This document shows positions 36,601-48,119 of a stretch of DNA of 64,000 bases, piece after piece (position 1 is the first letter of the stretch; every line of letters begins with the position of its first letter). Location of the stretch: the NCBI RefSeq assembly GCF_046119375.1, contig NW_027362768.1, positions 375,100,001-375,164,000 of the forward strand, in the 5' to 3' direction. The position numbers were made by a program, and so were the translations under genes. The notes under the pieces were generated by a model. It did not search any database. It saw only the letters and a program-made list of their open reading frames with translations, and was not told where the DNA came from. This DNA is from Phyllobates terribilis. Taxonomy: Eukaryota.

Positions 36601-37435
36601 TTCATCCGAATAGAAGAAGTGCACGATATCTGCAGACCGTGCATGAACCCTGGCCAATACCAGACAATGCAATGATGTGGAAAAGAGTGAATGGAGATCC
36701 CATTTAATCATTGCAAAATTAAATACACGGATGTCACCAACCTTGGTCTTCATAAGGGTCGTTGGGGTCATCGGGGATGAGCTCCGCACTGCTTGGTGTC
36801 GCATGATCTTCTTTGGTTACAAAAATAATTTTGTCTTTTCCTAAAATGATCACAAAAAAAAAGATTATTAAGATTTATTCATCCGAGTTTCGGTCGGATC
36901 GGAAATAGCAGCCATATTGGTTGACACTCTGCTTTTCCATAGACGAGTATACTTAGAAAATAACTAGTATTGACTGGTGACAGAGACGAGCTGCAGTGCA
37001 AAGCATAAGAGAGAGGGCTATAAGCTGTCAGACTTCCTCAGACTCCAGCAGCTAAGCTGGAATCGCTGCTTATAATTGTGTCCTAATAGCTATAAAGTAA
37101 GTAACTCAGGAAAAAACTAAAAAAAATTATAAATTCGGGGAAAGAGACATTCAACACACAAAAAACAGCAACGTAAAAAAAGAATAATAGCGCTGGAAAA
37201 TAACTGGGGGAGAAGAAATCATTACCAAGCAGATAACTCCTCGCATCTTAATATTAGCAGTGACAGGAGATGCCCTTGAAATGTATTAACACTCGGTGTG
37301 CCTCTTGTCCTTGCTTTACCCTGCTGCTTCGCTCCTGTTGCCCCTCCATCCATCACTACCCGGCCTGCTGCACCCCTCTCTGCTCTGTCCAGCTCCCTCG
37401 TGTCCTTTCTTACCCTCCTGCCTGCAGTAGGACAT
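33682..37435 (-). CDS. CHCHD4: Mitochondrial intermembrane-space import oxidoreductase MIA40, 137 aa, 3 exons
   Basis: complement(join(37414-37435,36742-36840,33682-33974)) = 414 nt. [21 protein letters not shown]-terminus, CPC redox motif ([10 protein letters not shown]), twin CX9C and acidic tail. Confidence 0.97.
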
Positions 37436-37851
37436 GGCTGCGGCTCTCTCACACTTCTCCCGGCACCGCGCACTCTGCTGACGTCACTCAGAGCGACTGT
37501 GGAAACATTAAAGCCCCCGGACGGGTCTGCCCCTATCACTGCCTGTTCAAAATAACCCACATTATTAAAGATAACTATATTATTATGAGGCCGGTGACTT
37601 CATAGCCTGTCAATGAATTATAAGCAATAGGAAAATATTCCAGAAAGGACACTTATAGGGCTGTCCGGAGCTAAAACTACAACTCCCATGTGGCTTCGCG
37701 CTGCTGGGCCTACCGAGCATGCGCAGATGTGTTTTGGGACAGGGAGGTAACTTTGTATCAGAAGAAAGTCGCTGGCAAGTAGTTAGAGGGGAGAGCCCCT
37801 GAGGTCTATCCTGCTCCACTATAGACAAGTGTCCGTATCTCAGGGGGGAAC
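37436..37851. promoter_or_regulatory. Bidirectional promoter region CHCHD4/TMEM43
   Basis: 416 bp between divergent ATGs. ACTACAACTCCCA (ZNF143/SBS-like) at 37676-37688 and GCATGCGCA (NRF1-like) at 37717-37725. Confidence 0.7.
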
Positions 37852-40800
37852 ATGGCCAGACAGGTGAGTGATGGCAGAGACAGATCTGTTGTAGTAACTC
37901 TGCTTGCCTGCTGTTCTAGAACTGCAAGTGCCTGCGTGCCTAATGAAGGAGGGAGTCTGCAGGGTGGACAGAGCTCCTAATGAACAGTTCTGCTGCTGTC
38001 TTATGTTCCCCACTATTGTTAGACTTCTCACAGCTGAGGGTTTGTTGCAGCTGTATCCAGTCAGGATAATAAAGCTAAAGACTGAGACATTGTAACGAAC
38101 CAGCTGTGATGTGTCCAGTACCTAATGCTATTGTAACAAACCCTCAGCTGTGACCAGAGCATGGAGCCTTCCCCTCACACATTGTCCTGGACTCGTCTCG
38201 TCACCTTCTCTGTGATGTGTCCAGTTTGCAGATTCCACCAGAGAACACACAACGATTAGAAGTGATCCGGCCCCAGGATTCCTGCAGCGCCTCAGTGACA
38301 CGGCCGGAGGCATGGTGGTCGGCCTCATCGCCTTCACCCTCTCATTCTACCTGCTGTTTACTAATGAGGTGAGAATGTGCAAGACATAGAATGTCCTAAG
38401 AGTGCAAACTGCAGAATAGTGAGTGCAGCCCTGGAGTATAATACAGGATGTAACTCAGGATCAGTAATGTATGTACATAGTGACTGCACCAGCAGAATAG
38501 TGAGTGCGGCTCTGGAGTATAATACAGGATGTAACTCAGGATCAGTAATGTATGTACATAGTGACTGCACCAGCAGAATAGTGAGTGCGGCTCTGGAGTA
38601 TAATACAGGATGTAACTCAGGATCAGTAATGTAATGTATGTACACAGTGACTGCACCAGCAGAATAGTGAGTACAGCTCTGGAGTATAATACAGGGTGTA
38701 ACTCAGGATCAGTAATGTAACGTATGTACACAGTGACTGCACCAGCAGAATAGTGAGTACAGCTCTGGAGTATAATACAGGACGTAACTCAGGTACAGTA
38801 ATGTAATGTATGTACACAGTGACTGCACCAGCAAAATAGTGAGTGCAGCTCTGGAGTATAATACAGGATGTAACCCAGGATCAGTAATGTATGTACATAG
38901 TGACTGCACCAGCAGAATAGTGAGTGCGGCTCTGGAGTATAATACAGGATGTAACTCAGGATCAGTACAGGATCAGTAGTGTAATGTATGTGCACAGTGA
39001 TTGCAGCAGCAGAATAGTGAGTGCAGCTCTGGAGTATAATACAGGGTGTAACTAAGGATCAGTAATGTAATGTATGTACACAGTGACTGCACCAGCAGAA
39101 TAGTGAGTGCAGCTCTGGAGTATAATACAGGATGTAACTCAGGATCAGTAATGTAATGTATGTACACAGTGACTGCACCAGCAGAATAGTGAGTGCAGCT
39201 CTGGAGTATAATACAGGGTGTAACTTAGGATCAGTAATGTAATGTATGTACACAGTGACTGCACCAGCAGAATAGTGAGTGCAGCTCTGGGGTATAATAC
39301 AGGATGTAACTCAGGATCAGTAATGTAATGTATGTACACAGTGACTGCACCAGCAGAATAGTGAGTGCAGCTCTGGAGTATAATACAGGGTGTAACTCAG
39401 GATCAGTATAGGATCAGTAATGTAATGTATGTACACAGTGACTGCACCAGCAGAATAGTGAGTGCAGCTCTGGGGTATAATACAGGGTATAACTTAGGAT
39501 CAGTAATGTAATGTATGTACACAGTGACTGCACCAGCAGAATAGTGAGTGCAGCTCTGGGGTATAATACAGGGTATAACTTAGGATCAGTACCGCATGAG
39601 TAGTTGTACATGTTTACTCTGTGCTGATGTTCATAGATGTCTGTATGATAACATAGAATGACAGGCTATGACTACATCTGGTTATATTGCAGGGTCGGGC
39701 GGTGCAGACTGCGGCCTCTCTGGATGAGGGTCTTTCAGTTGTGGTTCCTATAGGAAACGTCCATCGGGTTGACCCTATAAATGAAGCAAAGTTGTTGCAC
39801 TTGACTGGTCCGCTGCAGACATTGAAGGTGAGTTGATTTTTTCTTTGCTATCAGATTTTAGTGCATTTACCATCTCCTATGCCATACAGCAGTGGTCTAC
39901 CACCCGTAAGACTACAACTCCCAGCATGCTTTGACTGTCTGGGGTGCGCACATAATCTTAATAATGCACAATCACAGTAGTATCTTTGCAGCATAGCAAT
40001 GTGCACATCGCTCCTCCTCCCATGACCGGGTCCAGTCTTGTAGATTTTTATCCCACTGCACAACCTGCCAAAGTCAAAGGGTGTAACTTCAGCTGAATCA
40101 TCACTAACACAAAGGATCCTGGCGACCATCCACTTGTGGAAAACCATATTGAAGTCTGAAGCAATCCCCCCCTGATAATGCGGAAGGTCTGCTGCATCTC
40201 ATGCCTCATTAATGCCTTTATTTCCTACATGAGAGCCCAAGTCCTCATGCTCTTATTTTAATGTAAATCAAGCTTAGCCCTCATATGATGAAAAGTTATG
40301 TAACTTTCTATGACACTTTTACAAGATCTCAGTTTGCCGTCAGTGAATGTGCGCTGTCACCCCAGACAGACCTCATACTTCTCACAGCTGAGAGTTTGTA
40401 TCTAGGCTAGATTAGCCACTATGAGATTGATACATTTTACCTGCACTGATACACTGTAACAAATTAAGAAATGTTATGGTTTTAGTGACCTTTTACTAAT
40501 TTGTGTCATACTTTTTCTGCAGCCGCTTTTTGACCCGAACTATGGGGTGTCCATGCATTGCGTGCAGCTGAAGCGCCAGGTGGAGATGTATCAGTGGGTG
40601 GAGTATGAAGAATCGAAGTAAGAATTGTCTGCACTATAAACTTGTTTCCTCCTGGGAAAGCTGGGTACTGTGCACATGACGGCTCCCGTGTGTAGAGTCA
40701 TCCAGCTTTCCTTGCATTCTGAACGGCAGATCTGCCTGGTTAAGCACTGGCCCATTTCATAATTGGACAGACTTTGTATTCAGGATGGTGGGAAAGCTGG

Positions 40801-43800
40801 GTGAGGGTTCCACTGGCGGCCACATAGCTTATCACCCAATTTTTCAGAAACAGATAAACTACCAAAATACAAGGGAATGTTCTCCTGGCTGCGCGCCAGC
40901 GGTAGCTGCTTAGATGCCACATGCAAACATTCGGAGACTTCCTTTACCCTGCAGCGCTGCCTTTGCATGTCTGTGTGTCTGGATTATATGAGATTTACAG
41001 GGGCTGACGTGGCGTCTGTTTAAAGGGTTATTATATTTGAAATCTGTCATTTCTCCATTTATTGCACAGGTGAATGCATTTTAGCACTCTCTGTTATCAG
41101 TAGAAAGTCACATTTAGCCATTGTGTCTGTTCTTGTTCTGCAGGGAGTATGAGGAAGGTGGAGAGAAAAAGACGGAGACTAGATACACATATAGTGAGTA
41201 CACCCCTTCTGCACCCATAAGCATAACTTTACTAATATATTACTTCTCCTCCAGTCACACCCAGAGCTGCATTCAAAATTCTGCAGGTGGAAATAGACAA
41301 TACGGAAACTACTAAGCGCTGACTGTACTCTGAGCTCCCGCATTGCATTTTTTTACAGTAGCTAGAAAACTGTAGAATTGTTAGAGCTGCTTTGGATGTG
41401 AATGGAGTATAATAATCTTATCCTGTGGCCTGAAAAACTATAATCAGAACATTCGATTGTTTTTCCCAGACACTGAATGGAGGTCTGAGGTTGTCAGCAG
41501 CCGCCATTTTGACAGAGAGATTGCCCATCGCAATCCCAGGTGAGCGCTTGCACAATCCTCCTGTAGATTCCAATGGTCCGGACTGTACATTGGCACGGAG
41601 GCTCCCTCTAGCGGCCATTAGCACAATTACAATGCTTGCAGCTGCACTTCCCTCATCTATATATTATCTTTGGATATAAACTACTCTCTCTTTTTTTTTT
41701 TTTTTTTTTTTAACAGCGCCATGGCAGTAGAGTCGTACACAGCCATGGCCGCAGATGTACAGGTTGGAAATTACTATTTATCTAAAGGTAAGTGATGACA
41801 TATGCTTCCACCATTAATTAATTCTTCATTTCCCCAGTAGGAATGGACTGTAGAGAAAAGTAGAATGAGAGTTAGCATTGTACCTGTCGATTCATAGTAA
41901 GATGTCAACGTTTTGATTAGTGCAAGTCCAAATACTAAGACCCCCACTGATTGCTAAAATGAAGGGGCAGAGGCGCTCAGCGATCGGCTGATCCGCAGAG
42001 GCTTGTAGAAAGTGAGACAGCGAGGACGTCTGCTCCTTTATGTCAGCAATTTATGGGGGTCTCAGTACTAGGATGCCCACTAATCAATGCTTCTGACATA
42101 TATTCACTTTAACAAATTTGGGTGGAATGTCCCTTTAATTATACATTGAGGACTTTTAAATGGGTTGTTGAACATGGACCTCTGGAATGTCACGTTGGGA
42201 TCATTCCTTGTTTATGGGACAGTTGTAGATTAATGATGCGCTGCCACCGCTCCATTCTAATGAGACATTTCAGAATTGCTGGGGACCCAGTGGTGGGATC
42301 TGAAAAGTGTAACATATCCCCAGTAGGGACAATAGATCTATCTTCAGTTCATTTGCATATGGTAATCTATAGCTTCCTCTTTTATCAGGATGGGGAGTCA
42401 CTGATTGATTGTTCTTTGGTAGGAAATCCAGAAAAATGTTTAATATTTATTTAGTAATTACTGTTCAGATTCTATGGGTCATCTCATGTTATGAAATTGG
42501 TAAAAATAAGTAACTTTGCAAATTAAAGTGCTGCGGAATATGCTGGCATTATAGGAATAAACATTATTATTATTGCCTCTTGTTAAAAATCCTCCACTTT
42601 CTCAAGAATGGAGGTATTTTTAATTCTATAGTTTATTGTTCGTTGCCCAGGTTACTGGCCACCAACATACTGCAGAGGTGGCCAGTAACCTGGGCAAGGA
42701 GTGCGTACATGCATGCTCTCTCCAATACAGCTTGCAATCGCTGCTTTGAAGAGAGGTTGAATCTGACAATCCTCAGTCCCCCTGTGCTCCTCCAATGCTG
42801 CAGAGGTAAAGCTGTCTCTGCCCGTAGCATGGGAGAACGCACAGTTCAGACCAGCGGTGCAACCATTCTGGAGGTCAGAACTGTCAATCATCAGGAGTGC
42901 AAGGGAGGCAGGGGAGGAGTGCCCCGCCCGTGGCAAGCAGGAGGCAGGGGAGGAGTGCCCTGCCCGTGGCAAGCAGGGGAGGAGTGCCCCGCCCGTGGCA
43001 AGCAGGAGACAGGGGAGGAGTGCCCCGCCTGTGGCAAGCAGGAGGCCGGGGAGGAGTGCCCCCCCCCCCTGAGGCAAGCAGGAGGCAGGGGATGAGTGCC
43101 CCCCCCCCCCTGAGGCAAGCAGGAGGCAGGGGATGAGTGCCCCCCCCCCCCTGAGGCAAGCAGGAGGCAGGGGATGAGTGCCCCCCCCCTGAGGCAAGCA
43201 GGAGGCAGGGGATGAGTGCCCCCCCCCCCCCCTGAGGCAAGCAGGAGGCAGGGGATGAGTGCCCCCCCCCCCCTGAGGCAAGCAGGAGGCAGGGGATGAG
43301 TGCCCCCCCCCCCTGAGGCAAGCAGGAGGCAGGGGATGAGTGCCCCCCCCCTGAGGCAAGCAGGAGGCAGGGGATGAGTGCCCCCCCCCCTGAGGCAAGC
43401 AGGAGGCAGGGGATGAGTGCCCCCCCCTGAGGCAAGCAGGAGGCAGGGGATGAGTGCCCCCCCCCTGAGGCAAGCAGGAGGCAGGGGATGAGTGCCCCCC
43501 CCCTGAGGCAAGCAGGAGGCAGGGGATGAGTGCCCCCCCCCTGAGGCAAGCAGGAGGCAGGGGATGAGTGCCCCCCCCCTGAGACAAGCAGGAGGCAGGG
43601 GATGAGTGCCCCCCCCCCTGAGACAAGCAGGAGGCAGGGGATGAGTGCCCCCCCCCCTGAGACAAGCAGGAGGCAGGGGATGAGTGCCCCCCCCCTGAGA
43701 CAAGCAGGAGGCAGGGGATGAGTGCCCCCCCCCTGAGGCAAGCAGGAGGCAGGGGAGGAGTGCCCCCCCCCCTGAGGCAAGCAGGAGGCAGGGGAGGAGT

Positions 43801-45777
43801 GCCCCCCCCCTGAGGCAAGCAGGAGGCAGGGGAGGAGTGCCCCCCCCCCCCCCCCCGAGGCAAGCAGGAGGCAGGGGAGGAGTGGCCCGCCCGTGGCAAG
43901 CAGGAGGCAGGGGAGGAGTGGCCCGCCCGTGGCAAGCAGGAGGCAGGGGAGGAGTGGCCTGCCCGTGGCAAGCAGGAGGCAGGGAAGGAGTGGCCCGCCC
44001 GTGGCAAGCAGGAGGCAGGGGAGGGTTGCACTCTTAAAGAAAGAATATGAAACAAACCCTTTAAATGGGAGGGATTTATTGTCATAGTTGTTGCTCTGCT
44101 CCCCTATGACTTTTGTGTGTAGACCTCAATCAGTGCACCTCTCTTCCTTTTTGCTCTGGTTCCTCTTCTGATTTCTTCACTTTTCTTCCAGTATTGATTA
44201 ATAAGATCGACAACTTTAAGCAGCTGAGTCTGTCCCAGATCAGGACGCCGCACGCTGACGTCACCACTGAAGGCAATTACTTCTATCAGAGCGCCGATCC
44301 CAAGAACCCAGAGGTGAGCGGAGCATTAGTGTCTTACTGTGACTTCTGATAATCCGGCATTGTGGTTAATTAATACTGCAGACCATCAGATGTCCGTGTA
44401 CTTAGATGTCCCCGGCTCTCCATCCTAGGGGTCACTTTGAATTTCTCCGTTTCAGGTGGGGGATTTGCGGGTTTCTTTCTGGTACGCCGGAGTTTCAATG
44501 GGAGGCCCAACATTTGGATCAGTCGACACGGTAATGTAATGTGATGAATTATTAATGATGGGAAGGCAACTTATTAAATGACGCTAGTAACATCAGTGAG
44601 GAGCGAGGCATTATGTGCCTCCTGAGATATAATGGGGGTACTGGGAATAAGTGATGTCTTTTTGAGTCCACAGTATTTCCTTATATTTACTCAGCGATTA
44701 GCTCAGTATGGCAGAAGCATTCCCTTAAAGGGGAAGTCCACCCCATTGCTTGGAGCCCATATAAGTGCTGTTCTTTTCTGCCAGGTGAGCATCGTAGCGC
44801 GGCAGCGAGGGGGAGAACTGGTGTCTTACAAGACGAAATCTGGAGACCCCCTGGAGCTTCTGTTTCTGGGGAGCCACACGGCCGAGGTCAGTCTGCTGCC
44901 TGTAGGAGGGGGTAGGTGTCTCCCAATCCCTCACGTCGTACCTTTACTTAGGAGATGCCGTCTATCTTGTAGGAAATGTTCCTCGCAGAGCATCAGAGCA
45001 ACATCATGAAGACTTGGGCCCTGCGTGCCGCTGGGTGGCTGATGATGTTCTTAGGTGTCAGTTTGATGACGAAGATCATCCACACGCTAGGTGAGCCGAG
45101 AATTCTCCAGGAGCGATCATGGATAACGGGGGGGGGGGGGGGAGTATGGCAATCAGACCCTCTCACTACTGTCAGCTGTAACCATTTACTAGAGCTTTTT
45201 GCAGAGTCTCCAGCTCCTCTACATTGTCTGTTCGAGTTTGAGGTAGTCGGAAATCCACCTCCTGCTTCATTAGGAGTTCAGGCTCCTATTCTGACCCTCT
45301 TCTTTACTTTACACTTCTGCGGGGCCAATAGAGTGATATCTACTGCTAGCTGTTCGGATTCGTGATCCGCTGGTATACGAGACTTGCCCGGCAAGTATCA
45401 GTAGACGGCACTGGCCCCAATCTCCTCCAGAAACAGAAGTGAGGGCATACCCCTTTAAGCACCAGCTAAATGGGGATTATGGAAGCCTGGGGTGATAGAT
45501 TAAGGAGGGAGTCTAGACGCTTGTATGGTGTTTCCTTCCCTTTGGTTAATCACTTCCCATTGCTCCCATTATAGTGGACTGGTTTCCTATTGTTCGTGAT
45601 CTCGTCAATCTGGGTCTCAAGCTGTTCGCCCTGTGCATCGCCACGTCCCTCTCACTGCTGACTGTCGCCTCGGGCTGGTTGTTCTATCGCCCGTTGATGG
45701 CCCTGCTGCTGAGCGCTGCTGCCCTTGGCATAATTCTCCTCGCCCGGACCCGTGTGCCCACCAAGAAATACCAGTAG
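37852..45777 (+). CDS. TMEM43: Transmembrane protein 43 (LUMA), 398 aa, 12 exons
   Basis: join(37852-37863,38225-38368,39693-39827,40523-40617,41144-41193,41470-41539,41717-41787,44192-44313,44456-44530,44785-44886,44973-45090,45575-45777) = 1197 nt, GT-AG and phase-consistent. Motifs [56 protein letters not shown]. Confidence 0.96.
38411..39591 (+). repeat. 86-bp satellite array B (fills ~89% of TMEM43 intron 2)
   Basis: Same unit as array A; ~13-14 units. Confidence 0.95.
42905..44022. repeat. GC-rich ~40-bp VNTR with variable poly-C tracts, TMEM43 intron 7
   Basis: Unit gaggcaagcaggaggcagggga(t/g)gagtg-C(n)-t. Flanking variants replace the C tract with gcccgcccgt. Source of the 477-aa spurious ORF. 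Confidence 0.95.
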
Positions 45778-46477
45778 GGGCATTTCCCTGCTTGAGTCCT
45801 GCGAGTAACAAGGTTACAAAGCTCCGGCCTTTGGGGTCACCCATGCAATAATGTCTTCAATGTAACTTTTTGAATTCTTTGATAATTTTTTTTATATATT
45901 GTATTGAATAACTTTTCTTTACACATCAGGTATTGTTCTCCGGTCCCATCTAGAGCAGCGTGAAGGACATTTCTTGGGTACATGTTGGTGTCTGTATCCC
46001 CTTGGTATCAGTACAGATTATGCTGTTATTAGTTTGGTGCATTGAGGGTGCAGAGCTGACATATTCCAAGCAATGTGAATGCAGCTTTGGATGTGATTGG
46101 AGTATGACATGATGCATGTAACGCAGAGTTACTCCGCATTGTGTATGTGATGTATTGGTACTGCCCATGTTACATGGCACCTGCCGTCTATGAAATACGG
46201 AATCCAGATGTAGCCAAAGAGATTCTCACTATTTTTGTGCCAGATTGAGGAGGGTAAGAATTAAATCCAAGGCTCCAAGAAGATGAATGTTTACGACAGT
46301 CAGTGGTGCGTGCAGGCAACACTGAAGCCTCTGATTCTGTGGTACTACAAGTTTCAGCAGGAACGTTCACAAGTATTGGCACCGTACAGTCAGAACTTCT
46401 GCAACAACCCTCCTGCTTCTCCATGTTCCAGTCTCTGTAGAGGCCGAGCCTAGTTACTGAGGGTTTTCCATTTGTGC

Positions 46478-46506
46478 AATAAAAAGTTCTGCAACTTTCT
46501 AATAAA
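46478..46506 (+). terminator. Candidate TMEM43 polyadenylation signals
   Basis: AATAAA at 46478-46483 and 46501-46506. Confidence 0.4.
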
Positions 46507-47878
46507 CTTTGTGTTTCAGTTTCTCACCATGTTCAACATCTCTGCTTGCTGTCAGTAAGTGATAAGGGATGGTGAAAGCCAGTCCTGATAACAGGCCTCG
46601 AGAATATCAAGTCTTACTTTTGTACAAACCAGAAGTTTTTACCCTCTGCCTGTGATTGATGTTTTCAGCCACTGATGGCAAGCAGAGATCTTACATAGTC
46701 TGAACTTAATAAACTCCTGTAATTTGTGTCTCGTAATGAATAAAGGGAATTTCTGAATTCCGAAACTAAGGTTCAATATAGTTTTCTCCTATGTATTAAA
46801 TGGATCCAAGATCTCTGCTTGTAATCAATGAATGGGAAACGTCCTGGTTTTGCGCCAGGGCCTGAGAATCTGCTCTGGTCGTGTGATGGATACACAGGTA
46901 AGAGCTCTGATAACTACAGTAGCAACCTCTGCGAGAGTTAAGGGGAACCGTGGCAGAGTTATGAAAGTTTCCATTCAATGTTTACAAGCGGAGATCTTTG
47001 GTAAGGCTGCACCTTCACACATGAAAACTGCATCCTCATCATCTAGTCCTATAGCTTTGCTGTCTCACCATTAAATATTGTCACAGTGTAGCGCCACCTG
47101 GTGTTCACAGAATATAAGTGTCACGTCCAGCTAATGAGCCCTCTCCCTGGATCCGTACCTGCCCCGCTCTCTGGCTGCAATGGGGACGTCGCGCTTACAC
47201 CGCTGCAGCTAAACAACAGAGACTGGGGGAGATGGAGACAATGCTGCATCCAGGAAGAGTATAAAGTTACTTCTTTATATCACCCTGTGACCACAAGATT
47301 TGGTGAAAATGGACAACCCCCTTTAAGCAACTGGCTTAGGGATGTTTCCATGCTCTTGAGGAGCTAATGTAAATCCATCACAAATTCCTGATGTGCGACT
47401 CCTGCGCTTTGTTCAAGGCTTTGCTATTAATGACATGTGGGGGATCTGACACCTGAGACCCCCATCAATCAGCTGTTGCAGGTCCTTTGGGGGCCGGATG
47501 TACAGAGCAGAAGCAGTATGGCTCTGAGCAGTGCAGTGACCGCTCCCATTTACTGAATCTCACATAACATTAACTTCAATATTAGCTGATCTGCAGTACC
47601 TTAGAATGGCCACTACACAATGGGGCGCTGTGCTGATCCAGCTCTCCAAGTTATGGACAATCCCTTTAAGAACTGCCATTGAACAGATTAGGTCATGTGA
47701 CTGCCATAACATACCCTCTATATACAGATGAGAAGGGGCAGTGCTTACTGTATGGACGGTAGCCGAGTGAAGACTTATGCCGCGATGGGAAATAAATGCA
47801 CTACTTTTAAACTTGAGTTTTCTCATCTATAAAACATTTAATTTTCAGAGTTTTGTACAAAATCAGATTCAGTCAAAT

Positions 47879-47884
47879 TTTATT
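47879..47884 (-). terminator. Candidate XPC polyadenylation signal
   Basis: AATAAA on the - strand, ~236 nt downstream of the XPC stop. Confidence 0.5.
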
Positions 47885-48119
47885 ATAAACAATCCTATTA
47901 TATTCTTATGTCATCCTTAAATATTAAAAGGACAAGACAGGCAGAAGTAACAGCGCATTACGTCTAGTGCAGGGGGCAGAGCGTAACTTCCGGATGCGCT
48001 CATGTGGTTTATACCCTCAGGCCCCGCACTATGTATAACACGGTGATAATTGTGCCTGAAGTGCTCAGTTATGGGTGGGAAGCTGGGACTTGTGGTTCGC
48101 ATGTGCTCATTAGACCTTT

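Noticed and set aside
42652-44085. 477-aa and 298-aa Gly/Pro-rich ORFs on the - strand
   Set aside because: Artefacts of a GC-rich VNTR that lacks stop codons; the frame shifts with homopolymer length.
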